DNA of 64,000 nt from assembly GCA_050294405.1 (NCBI GenBank), contig JBNKOC010000023.1:16547-80546 (forward strand), in the 5' to 3' direction. This stretch comes from Fibrobacteria bacterium. GTDB taxonomy: Bacteria; Fibrobacterota; Fibrobacteria; UBA11236; JADFYW01. Below are positions 9,663 through 17,841 of this stretch, one piece after another; position 1 is the first letter of the stretch, and each line of letters starts with the position of its first letter. The notes under the pieces were generated by a model. That model made no database searches. It was not told the DNA's origin and was given only the letters and a program-made list of their open reading frames with translations. The translations under genes and the position numbers were made by a program.

Positions 9663-11176
9663 AGTTTTTAATTACAGTACTATTTAGTCTTTTGACTTTT
9701 TCTTTTTCGGAAAGTCCATCCGAATTAAAAGAGATTGTGATTCAAAATTCCAAATCCAAGCTGGATGTTCATTTTGTCTTTGCCAACGGAAACTTGCCCA
9801 AGTTTTTTCAGAAAGTAAACCCTAAAACAAATCAATGGATAGTGGGTCTTTTAAACACAACTCATCAAGGCAAGGAAAACAATTTAGATATTTCCGAGGA
9901 CATCCCTGTTTTTAACAAGGCCGAATTTCAGATTACAAAGAGAAAAGGGAAGCAAGGGGTAAGGGAATTTTTAGAAATACATTTTCAATTGGGAAAAACT
10001 GAAAAAAGCCCTGAATTTAAATTCAAAAAAGATGGGGAAAGGGAAATAACTTTTACTTGGGTGGAAAAATTTAAGCCTCAGTCCAAGTGGAAGGTATTTC
10101 CAGCAACATCCCCCATTGCAGCCCCACAGGCCAAGGCTGTGGAGGAAGCTAAATCAAAAACGCTGGAAACTGAACCTGCCCTCGAAGAAGTACTGGGAAC
10201 AAAATCGGCCTTTGAAATGGGGGCCGTTATTGACGGGGAAAACCAAAATAAAAAAACCACCTTTTCCCCCATTCCAAAACCAAAGCAAGTCGTGGTCTTA
10301 AAAAAAGGCGCGAAAATTTACCAGCGAAATACCGTACACTCCAAGTTTATTCGGGATGCTGAGGTTGGAGAAGAGTTTGAACAAGTAGATGAAACACCTG
10401 TGTTTTCAGGAATATTGCTCAACGGGAATACCGCATACATACATAAGGAAAAAATCAAGTTAGTGGCCAAACTAACCAAGTCTGACAAACAAAAAATCAA
10501 AGAGGCCTTTCACCAAGCAGATCAAGCAAAGCTGGAAAAAGAGAAACAAAAAAAATTAGCCGAAGAAAAACGGCTTGCGGAGCAAAGACAAAAAGAAGAA
10601 GCCGAGAAAAAGAAGTTGGAAGAAGCCAAGAGATTAAAGGAGGCGGCTGAACTAAAAAGGATAGCAGAAGAGAAAAGAAAAAAAGAAGAGGAAGAAAAAC
10701 GCCTTGCGGAGGAAAAAAGGGCCCGGGCGGAACAACTGCGCAAACAAAGGGAAGAAGAACAACGTCAGGCCGAATTGGTTCGGCTCGAACAAGAAAACCA
10801 AATGGCTATAATGCTAGCCAAAGAGCAAAGAGAAAAAGAGTTGCAAGCCCAACAAAACAATTTAAAAAACCAAGTGATTGTTTATTCCAGTTTTGGTAGA
10901 CGAGATCCTTTTATCCCTGTAATACAGTCTAAAATAGATGAAGGCGATTTTAACATCGATCAAATGCAACTTGTGGGAATCATTTGGGACCCCAAAGATC
11001 CGCTAGCCGTATTGGAACACCGAATGGAACCGGGAATTTCTATTACCTTAAGAAGTGGCGACAAAATTTCCAATGGAAAGGTTACTAACATTTCCCATGA
11101 AAAAGTCACTTTTGAAATATTAGAATTCGGTGTGTTCCGCAGTTACACTTTAAAATTGAGCCAAAAAGAAAAGTAG
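9659..11176 (+). CDS. Extended PilP-like protein (N-terminal beta domain, SH3-like domain, charged coiled coil, C-terminal PilP domain)
   Basis: Lies between pilO and pilQ. C-terminal YSSFGRRDPFIP...IDQMQLVGIIW PilP motif. Long E/K/R/A helix of about 130 aa. Confidence 0.7.
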   Translation: MKFLITVLFSLLTFSFSESPSELKEIVIQNSKSKLDVHFVFANGNLPKFFQKVNPKTNQWIVGLLNTTHQGKENNLDISEDIPVFNKAEFQITKRKGKQGVREFLEIHFQLGKTEKSPEFKFKKDGEREITFTWVEKFKPQSKWKVFPATSPIAAPQAKAVEEAKSKTLETEPALEEVLGTKSAFEMGAVIDGENQNKKTTFSPIPKPKQVVVLKKGAKIYQRNTVHSKFIRDAEVGEEFEQVDETPVFSGILLNGNTAYIHKEKIKLVAKLTKSDKQKIKEAFHQADQAKLEKEKQKKLAEEKRLAEQRQKEEAEKKKLEEAKRLKEAAELKRIAEEKRKKEEEEKRLAEEKRARAEQLRKQREEEQRQAELVRLEQENQMAIMLAKEQREKELQAQQNNLKNQVIVYSSFGRRDPFIPVIQSKIDEGDFNIDQMQLVGIIWDPKDPLAVLEHRMEPGISITLRSGDKISNGKVTNISHEKVTFEILEFGVFRSYTLKLSQKEK

Positions 11177-11183
11177 GTCGCCT

Positions 11184-12659
11184 ATGAAAATCCAATCCTT
11201 TATTAATTATCTGGGAACATTGATTCTCATAACATTGGGCCTGACCTTCTCCCAAATCAAAGAAACACCTTTGGTTGAAGACGAAACTTCTGTTTCTAAC
11301 GGCACCAACGATGTGCGCAAAAGAGATTTTTATTTTCCCAACCTGGATATTCGTTCTGCTTTTAAAGCTATTTCATCGGCAGCTGGCGTGGATATTGTTT
11401 TATCCCCTAACATCAAAGGCAACGTCACTTTAAACCTAACATCCAAAACCTGGCAACAGGCTGTGGAAATTTTATGCCAAATGTTCAACCTCCACTACAA
11501 CATCGAAAAGGAATACATATATGTGCAAACCTTTTCGGATTATAACGCCACCGCCAAGGAAGTTAAGTTGGAGCGGCAGATTATTAAAATCAAACACACC
11601 AAAGTAAAAGATTTGGAAGAGGCCATTAAAGGGCTATTATCCGAAAGAGGAACTGTCACTATTCTGGAAAACTCCAACACAGCCATTATTAAAGACTTGC
11701 CCAGCAAAGTTGAGGAAATCAGAGGATCCATTGAAAAATTGGATGTGGAAACTTTTCAAATTCACATTCAGGCCCAAATCATAGAAGTGAACTCCCAGGA
11801 CGCTATGGAAATGGGTGTCAATTGGGGTTATGGGGATGGAGTTCCTTTTTCGGGAGACCCTCCGCCGGTAGATGCGAGTGGAGCCCAGGTGGTCCAGGAA
11901 TTTCTACTGGGAAAATCTTCTCCCGGAGCAATAGCAAATCCCAGTGCTTCTTTAATCTTTGGAATTTTAGATGGCAAGATGAAACTAGGCATTGAAAACT
12001 TGCTCACCGAGGGTAAGGGAGAAATAATTGCCAAACCTCAAATCACCACCCTGGATAACACCGAAGCCCGCATTTTTATTGGGGAAAAACGCCCTTACAA
12101 CCAATTAGACCAGAACCTGAACTCCACCGTGGTTTTTGTAGAAGCGGGAATTGAATTAATAGTTACCCCACACCTTACCAATGATAAGCGCATTATTTTG
12201 GATTTGGCGCCTCAAAAAAGCGATGCCCGGACAGACGCCATAACCCGAGGCCCTATTGTAAACTCCACCGAAGCTAAAACCACCGTTATTGTGGAAGATG
12301 GCCAAACAGTGGTGATTGGAGGACTCACTTCCAAAAACGAGCAGAAAACAGAATCAGGATTTCCTATTTTAAAGGACATTCCCATTTTGGGATATTTCTT
12401 TAAATACACCAAAAAAGAAGTCATAAAGCAGGATTTAATCATTTTTATCACCCCTCATATTATTCAAAATCCTGGTAGCAGTACCAAAGTGGCCAGTCCC
12501 ACAGGAGCACCCACGGTAAAAATGGTTACCCCTGCCTCTTCGGGAAATAATGTGCAGTTGGGAGATGGCTACTCCACAAGCACCCCAGCTGCCAACAACC
12601 CACCCAAGGAAATGGACGACGCTGCCATAGGGGACTTTCTCAATGAAATAGGCAATTAG
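11184..12659 (+). CDS. pilQ: Type IV pilus secretin PilQ
   Basis: QIHIQAQIIEV, AKPQITTLDNTEARIFIG, AGIELIVTPH and VEDGQTVVIGGL...PILKDIPILGYFFK secretin motifs. Confidence 0.92.
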   Translation: MKIQSFINYLGTLILITLGLTFSQIKETPLVEDETSVSNGTNDVRKRDFYFPNLDIRSAFKAISSAAGVDIVLSPNIKGNVTLNLTSKTWQQAVEILCQMFNLHYNIEKEYIYVQTFSDYNATAKEVKLERQIIKIKHTKVKDLEEAIKGLLSERGTVTILENSNTAIIKDLPSKVEEIRGSIEKLDVETFQIHIQAQIIEVNSQDAMEMGVNWGYGDGVPFSGDPPPVDASGAQVVQEFLLGKSSPGAIANPSASLIFGILDGKMKLGIENLLTEGKGEIIAKPQITTLDNTEARIFIGEKRPYNQLDQNLNSTVVFVEAGIELIVTPHLTNDKRIILDLAPQKSDARTDAITRGPIVNSTEAKTTVIVEDGQTVVIGGLTSKNEQKTESGFPILKDIPILGYFFKYTKKEVIKQDLIIFITPHIIQNPGSSTKVASPTGAPTVKMVTPASSGNNVQLGDGYSTSTPAANNPPKEMDDAAIGDFLNEIGN

Positions 12660-12776
12660 AACCTTCCCTACCCCTCAAAAGCTTTCTAAAGAACCCATCC
12701 GCCCAACCCATGCAATTTGGGCGGAATTATTATAACTTTGCTTTTTTTTAAAGAACAAAGTTAAGGGATTTTCAAA

Positions 12777-14552
12777 GTGAAAAATTCTCACCATTGCAAC
12801 CAATTGACTGCTGCCAACGAAGGGCAAAGCGTTTCTCTTCGTGGCTGGATTGACCGTCGCCGCGATCATGGTGGCGTTATTTTTATCGACCTTAGAGACC
12901 GGGAAGGCAGAACCCAGGTGGTGTTCAGTCCCGATGTAAATAAAGAAATGCACGCCAAGGCAGAAAGCCTTAGAAATGAATATGTAATTTTTATCACAGG
13001 CAAAGTGAGCAAACGCCCCGATGGCATGGTAAATCCCAAGTTGGCTACGGGGGAGATAGAAGTGTACGCCGACAGCCTTGAAGTTTTAAACGTGAGTGCC
13101 ACGCCTCCCATTGCCATTAACGAGCTTTCCGATGAAGCCGTGGAAAACGAAGATGTGCGCTTTCGCTATCGCTATCTGGATTTAAGGCGCCCCCGGGAGC
13201 AGCGTTTTATACGCCTTAAAAGCAAATTTATGCACGCCTGGCGAAACGCCCTGGTAGACGACGGTTTTGATGAAATTGAAACTCCCATCTTAATGAAAAG
13301 CACCCCAGAAGGGGCTCGCGACTTTTTAGTCCCCAGCCGTTTACATGCAGGCAGCTTTTACGCCCTACCCCAAAGTCCCCAAACTTACAAGCAGCTTTTG
13401 ATGATTGCTGGCTTTGAAAAATATTTCCAAATTGCCAAATGTTTTCGAGATGAAGACTTTAGAGCAGACAGGCAACCTGAGTTTTTACAAATCGATTGTG
13501 AAATTTCCTTTGCGGATTGTGAAGTGATTTACGAAACCTTCGAAAAAGCCACGGCAAAAGTTTTAAAACAAGTTTGGGACTACGATATCGAACTGCCACT
13601 CCAGCGTCTTCCTTATAAAGAAGCCATGTTAAAGTATGGAAGCGACAAACCAGATTTGCGTTTTGACCTGCCCATTAGCGATGTATCTGATATTGCCAAA
13701 GACTGCGGCTTTAAAGTTTTTCGCGATGCTGTGGAATCTGGGGGCGTAGTCCGGGGAATGGCAGCCACTGGTTGTATTGACTTTACCCGAAAAAACATTG
13801 ATGACTTAACTGAGTTTGTGGGCCGCTACGGCTCTAAAGGCTTGGTTTGGATGCGTTACAAGGAAGACGGCATTGAAACCCAAGTGGCAAAGTTTTTTAA
13901 AGAAGGCGAAATTGAAGCCTTAAGCGAAAAAGTAGGGGGAAAACCCGGCGACCTTCTTTTCTTTGTGGCCGGTAAAGAAAGCATGGCTGCTAACGCCATG
14001 GGACATCTTCGCAATGAAATCGCACGCATGAAAAACTTAACAGAAGGAAAACCCCACAAATTCTTATGGGTTGTGGATTTCCCCATGTTTGAATATAGCG
14101 AAGAAGAAAAACGCTATATGTCCATGCACCATCCTTTTACCTCTCCACGTGACGAGGATTTTGAATTGCTTAAATCCGGCAGACAGGCAGAAGTGCTTTC
14201 CAAAGCTTACGATTTGGTGATGAACGGGGTGGAAATTGGCGGTGGGTCTATTAGAATTCACAATGCCGAAACACAAAAAGAAGTGTTTAAGCTTCTGGGA
14301 TTATCGGATGAAGAAGTGGAAAATAAGTTTGGATATTTTGTGGACGCCTTTAAATACGGTGCCCCCCCCCATGGAGGCATTGCCTTTGGCGTGGACAGAT
14401 TTCTGGCTACCATGGAAAATCGCTCGAGTATCCGGGACTTTATCCCCTTCCCCAAAAACAGCTCAGGCAGCTCCGTTATGGAAAACAGCCCGAGCCAGGT
14501 GGATGCCGAACAATTGCAGGAGCTTCACATAAACACGGTGGTTAAAAAATAA
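12777..14552 (+). CDS. aspS: Aspartate-tRNA ligase (probably non-discriminating)
   Basis: RRDHGGVIFIDLRD, STPEGARDFLVPSR, ALPQSPQ, CFRDEDFRADRQPEF and GAPPHGGIAFGVDR. Confidence 0.97.
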   Translation: MKNSHHCNQLTAANEGQSVSLRGWIDRRRDHGGVIFIDLRDREGRTQVVFSPDVNKEMHAKAESLRNEYVIFITGKVSKRPDGMVNPKLATGEIEVYADSLEVLNVSATPPIAINELSDEAVENEDVRFRYRYLDLRRPREQRFIRLKSKFMHAWRNALVDDGFDEIETPILMKSTPEGARDFLVPSRLHAGSFYALPQSPQTYKQLLMIAGFEKYFQIAKCFRDEDFRADRQPEFLQIDCEISFADCEVIYETFEKATAKVLKQVWDYDIELPLQRLPYKEAMLKYGSDKPDLRFDLPISDVSDIAKDCGFKVFRDAVESGGVVRGMAATGCIDFTRKNIDDLTEFVGRYGSKGLVWMRYKEDGIETQVAKFFKEGEIEALSEKVGGKPGDLLFFVAGKESMAANAMGHLRNEIARMKNLTEGKPHKFLWVVDFPMFEYSEEEKRYMSMHHPFTSPRDEDFELLKSGRQAEVLSKAYDLVMNGVEIGGGSIRIHNAETQKEVFKLLGLSDEEVENKFGYFVDAFKYGAPPHGGIAFGVDRFLATMENRSSIRDFIPFPKNSSGSSVMENSPSQVDAEQLQELHINTVVKK

Positions 14553-14626
14553 ACTTCATAAACAAAATGAAGTCGATTGACGAGCCCCGGGATTTGGTTT
14601 AATTTATAGGCATTAAAGGAGACCTT

Positions 14627-14872
14627 ATGGCTTATTTGATGAGATTATTACTGTGTTCCTCGGCGATTTTTATGCTATCCATGGGCCTATCTGGCTGCGC
14701 AGGGGGTAAATCCTCAAAAAGTGGATCTGCCGCAGACGCTATGGAATCGGCTCCGGAATCCAGCTCGAAGCTGGAAGAAGCCAAGCAAAACGCCGAATCT
14801 GCTGAATGGGAAGCTCATCGTTTAAGGGAAGAGCTGCACAGAAAAAAAAACTCTAAAAAACCCGCAGAATAA
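14627..14872 (+). CDS. Small coiled-coil lipoprotein
   Basis: AGGAG RBS, lipobox LSGC, and LEEAKQNAESAEWEA helix. Confidence 0.7.
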   Translation: MAYLMRLLLCSSAIFMLSMGLSGCAGGKSSKSGSAADAMESAPESSSKLEEAKQNAESAEWEAHRLREELHRKKNSKKPAE

Positions 14873-14891
14873 TTCCTAACCCAAATCAACA

Positions 14892-15155
14892 TTGAATTTG
14901 ATTCCTTTTAGGTGTTCACAATTTATTTCAGGGGCTATCCTAATGGGGCTCCTGATTTTTATCGGCTGCGCCAAAAAACCCAAGGACGACGAATTAAACC
15001 GTCTGGAAAATGCCAGGGAAGCTGCGGAGTCTGCAGAAGCCGAACTGGAAGCCACTAAAAAAGAGCGTATGGCGCTTGAAAAAGAAGTGGAAGCCAAAGA
15101 AAAAGAACTGGAAACTAAACAGTCCGAATCGGAAAAATTAAAACAGGAACAATAG
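14892..15155 (+). CDS. Small coiled-coil (alanine-zipper-like) lipoprotein
   Basis: Lipobox FIGC and LENAREAAESAEAELEA coiled coil. Start codon uncertain. Confidence 0.65.
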   Translation: MNLIPFRCSQFISGAILMGLLIFIGCAKKPKDDELNRLENAREAAESAEAELEATKKERMALEKEVEAKEKELETKQSESEKLKQEQ

Positions 15156-15176
15156 GCCCTTAACCAAAAAATCAAT

Positions 15177-16190
15177 TTGAGCTCAACCTCCCAGAAATTT
15201 CCCTTTCAGCGCGAAATAGAAATAAACGACAACGAACAGATTCAATTTTCTGGACACGGAGAAAAAAATTTCCTGCCCATTGAAAATGAATTTGGAGTTA
15301 AAATCCAAACCCGGGAAGGCTTTGTTCAAATCAAAGCCCACGACGAATTGTCTCTGGGCTCAGCACTCAGTGCTTTTATGCGCCTTCGAAAAATGCTGCA
15401 AAAGGGAAATAGAGAAATCAGCCCTCAAATGATTCCTTTTATTTTAAGAGGGCAAGGGACTTCCTCATCCAGTAATGGAGAGCCAACTGAAGTTATCGAT
15501 AGAGCCATTGATGCCCCCATTATTTTAGACAGATACGACAAGCCTATTTATCCCAGAACTCCTGGCCAGGCTGTTTTGGTGGATTCCATCCACAACAACC
15601 ATATTACTTTAGCTACAGGTCCTGCGGGTACAGGCAAAACCTTTATTGCCATGGCCATGGCCGTTTCCTATTTAAAACAAAAAAGAGTACGGAAAATAAT
15701 TTTGGTGCGACCTGCTGTGGAATCCGGGGAAAACCTGGGTTTTTTGCCCGGGGATTTGGGAGAAAAAATCGCCCCTTACATGACCCCATTGTACGATGCC
15801 ATCAATATGCTTTTAAGCCCTGAAACTGTAAGATCGCTCACTCAAAATAATGAATTTGAAGTGGCTCCTTTGGCATACATGAGGGGCCGCACGCTCAACA
15901 ACAGCTTTATTATTTTGGACGAAGCTCAAAATACATCTGTCATGCAAATGAAAATGTTTTTAACACGTGTGGGAGTGGAAAGCAAGATTGTAGTAGCAGG
16001 AGATGAAACCCAAAAAGACCTTCCCAAAAATATGATTTCCGGCCTCCAGCATGCCTGTGAGATTTTAAAAAATATCAAAGGAATAAATCATGTGCCCATG
16101 GGAGTGGCCGATGTGGTACGCCATCAGATAGTGCGGGATATCATTGAGGCTTACGAGGATAATTCTTCTCATAAAGAGGGAAAAGCCTAA
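15177..16190 (+). CDS. phoH: PhoH-family ATPase
   Basis: GPAGTGKT, RPAVESGENLGFLPGDL, PLAYMRGRTL and ILDEAQN. Confidence 0.93.
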   Translation: MSSTSQKFPFQREIEINDNEQIQFSGHGEKNFLPIENEFGVKIQTREGFVQIKAHDELSLGSALSAFMRLRKMLQKGNREISPQMIPFILRGQGTSSSSNGEPTEVIDRAIDAPIILDRYDKPIYPRTPGQAVLVDSIHNNHITLATGPAGTGKTFIAMAMAVSYLKQKRVRKIILVRPAVESGENLGFLPGDLGEKIAPYMTPLYDAINMLLSPETVRSLTQNNEFEVAPLAYMRGRTLNNSFIILDEAQNTSVMQMKMFLTRVGVESKIVVAGDETQKDLPKNMISGLQHACEILKNIKGINHVPMGVADVVRHQIVRDIIEAYEDNSSHKEGKA

Positions 16191-16271
16191 TTTTTTTCCT
16201 GAAAAATTAATTTGAAATCTTGATCAGAATGAAAAGCTAACTTATATTGTCTCTCCGATTTTAAGGCAATT

Positions 16272-16478
16272 ATGCAAGAGAATTTTTTTACAAAAATTAA
16301 TTATCTGGGAATACTCATTGGAGTGTTGGCTTTGGTAATAGGTTTTTTTGCATTGTCACGTCCTCCGGTAACCGGGTTTATGACAATGACATTCGCTCCC
16401 ATTCTTTTAACTATTGCCTATTGTGTGATTTTTCCTCTGGCTATTATGCTAAGGGGTAGTAAAAAGGAGAGTGAATAG
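16272..16478 (+). CDS. Small two-TM membrane protein (DUF3098-like)
   Basis: FTKINYLGILIGVLALVIGFFAL...TFAPILLTIAYCVIFPLAIM pattern. Confidence 0.65.
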   Translation: MQENFFTKINYLGILIGVLALVIGFFALSRPPVTGFMTMTFAPILLTIAYCVIFPLAIMLRGSKKESE

Positions 16479-16488
16479 GTTTTAATCC

Positions 16489-16563
16489 GGGCGCTTAGCT
16501 CAGCTGGTTCAGAGCATCTGCCTTACAAGCAGAGGGTCGCAAGTTCAAATCTTGCAGCGCCCA
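16489..16563 (+). tRNA. tRNA-Val(TAC)
   Basis: GGGCGCT/AGCGCCC acceptor stem, D-arm TAGCTCAGCTGG, anticodon loop CTTACAA, T-loop GTTCAAATC. CCA not encoded. Confidence 0.95.
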
Positions 16564-16575
16564 GATAAATTTTCC

Positions 16576-16652
16576 GGAGTGGTAGCTCAATTGGTTAGAG
16601 TACCAGCCTGTCACGCTGGGGGTTGCGAGTTCAAGTCTCGTCCATTCCGCCA
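16576..16652 (+). tRNA. tRNA-Asp(GTC)
   Basis: GGAGTGG/CCATTCC acceptor stem, anticodon loop CTGTCAC, T-loop GTTCAAGTC, ending in G-CCA. Confidence 0.95.
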
Positions 16653-16661
16653 TTAATTTTT

Positions 16662-16688
16662 AAAGCCTCCCATTTGGGAGGCTTTTTT
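16662..16688 (+). terminator. Rho-independent terminator after the tRNA pair
   Basis: AAAGCCTCCCA-TT-TGGGAGGCTTT hairpin followed by a T run. Confidence 0.85.
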
Positions 16689-16764
16689 GCTTTTCAAGCC
16701 AAAATCCCTATTGTACAATTTAGCCATTAGAACTTTTTTAGAAATTTTAAGAAAGGGAACCTCC

Positions 16765-17019
16765 ATGAAATGGAAAAAAATTTCTGCCCTAATTATGGCA
16801 ATGGGGCTTTTAATGACCATCTCCTGTACAAAACACCCCTCCCCGGCTCAAATGAGCGATTTAGAAGCCGCAGAAAATGCAGCAGATGCAGCACAAAGAC
16901 AGCTCTCCAGTTTGGAATCCGAATACAACCAATTGCAAGCTGAGTTAGAAAGAGAAAAGTCTCTCTTAAGCCAGAACGAATCGGAAAAAGCAGTTGTACT
17001 GGAAAAACTATCTAAATAG
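16765..17019 (+). CDS. Small coiled-coil lipoprotein ending in Lys
   Basis: Start reassigned to MKWKKISALIMAMGLLMTISC (lipoprotein signal). LEAAENAADAAQRQL helix. Ends in LEKLSK. Confidence 0.75.
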   Translation: MKWKKISALIMAMGLLMTISCTKHPSPAQMSDLEAAENAADAAQRQLSSLESEYNQLQAELEREKSLLSQNESEKAVVLEKLSK

Positions 17020-17027
17020 GAGCGCCC

Positions 17028-17711
17028 ATGTATATTAAATCAGGCATGTTAATTACGTTACTCTGCCTCAATGCAATGGGGCAGGAAAAAATGACCATGG
17101 AAGAGTACCAGCAGCGCTACCAGGCAGCAAAAGAAAGAGAAGCTGCGGCTCTGCCTAGAATAGCCCAGCTTAAAACCCTGATCGCAAGCATCAAAGAAGA
17201 AATTTCTGATGTTAAGAAACAATCAGAAAGGGTTTGGAATGAAATTTTAGATGCCCTGGGAATTACGCAGCAAGACTACGACAATTTCTTAGATGAAATT
17301 GATCAGCTTAAGAGCACAGTGCAAAACTTTGCGTCCCAATATTATGACAACCCGTCAAAATGGGAAAAAGAATTGGGGTTAGCGGAAAAAGAGGCCCGAC
17401 AATTACGGGAAAATAAAATTGCATACATACCTCGCGTAGAAGAGTTTTTACGGGAACTGGACGAAAGCATAGTGGATTCCAAACAGTCCCTAAATCAAGC
17501 CAAAGCTGAAGCCAATACTTCTCAAGTTGGAAGTGATGAATACATAGTGCAGCTTATTCCCGGAGATAGAGATTGCCTTTGGAAAATAGCCCAAAGGCCC
17601 GAAATATTTGGAGATGGCTCCCGTTGGCGTGAAATTTACGAAGCCAACCGGGATATTATAAAAAATCCAAATTTGATTTTTCCAGGACAACTGTTAAAAA
17701 TCCCCCGATAA
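17028..17711 (+). CDS. Secreted coiled-coil protein with C-terminal LysM domain
   Basis: Signal peptide, long helix, and C-terminal YIV..DCLWKIA....GDGSRWREIYEANRDIIKNPNLIFPGQLLKIP LysM. Confidence 0.85.
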   Translation: MYIKSGMLITLLCLNAMGQEKMTMEEYQQRYQAAKEREAAALPRIAQLKTLIASIKEEISDVKKQSERVWNEILDALGITQQDYDNFLDEIDQLKSTVQNFASQYYDNPSKWEKELGLAEKEARQLRENKIAYIPRVEEFLRELDESIVDSKQSLNQAKAEANTSQVGSDEYIVQLIPGDRDCLWKIAQRPEIFGDGSRWREIYEANRDIIKNPNLIFPGQLLKIPR

Positions 17712-17730
17712 TATTTTTCTAATTGAAGCA

Positions 17731-17762
17731 AAAAATGGCCTCTGCAGGAGGTCATTTTTTTT
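17731..17762 (+). terminator. Rho-independent terminator after the LysM gene
   Basis: AAAAATGGCCTC-TGCAG-GAGGTCATTTTTT. Confidence 0.75.
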
Positions 17763-17841
17763 GATTGAAAATTATTTTTAGAGTTGTTATTTTTTAACTG
17801 CGTTAAGCCAAAACCAAAATTCATTAGCAAATGAATTTTTT

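Noticed and set aside
16687..16764. N-terminal extension of the 110-aa ORF in the track
   Set aside because: It starts inside the tRNA terminator. The lipoprotein signal begins at the ATG at 16765.
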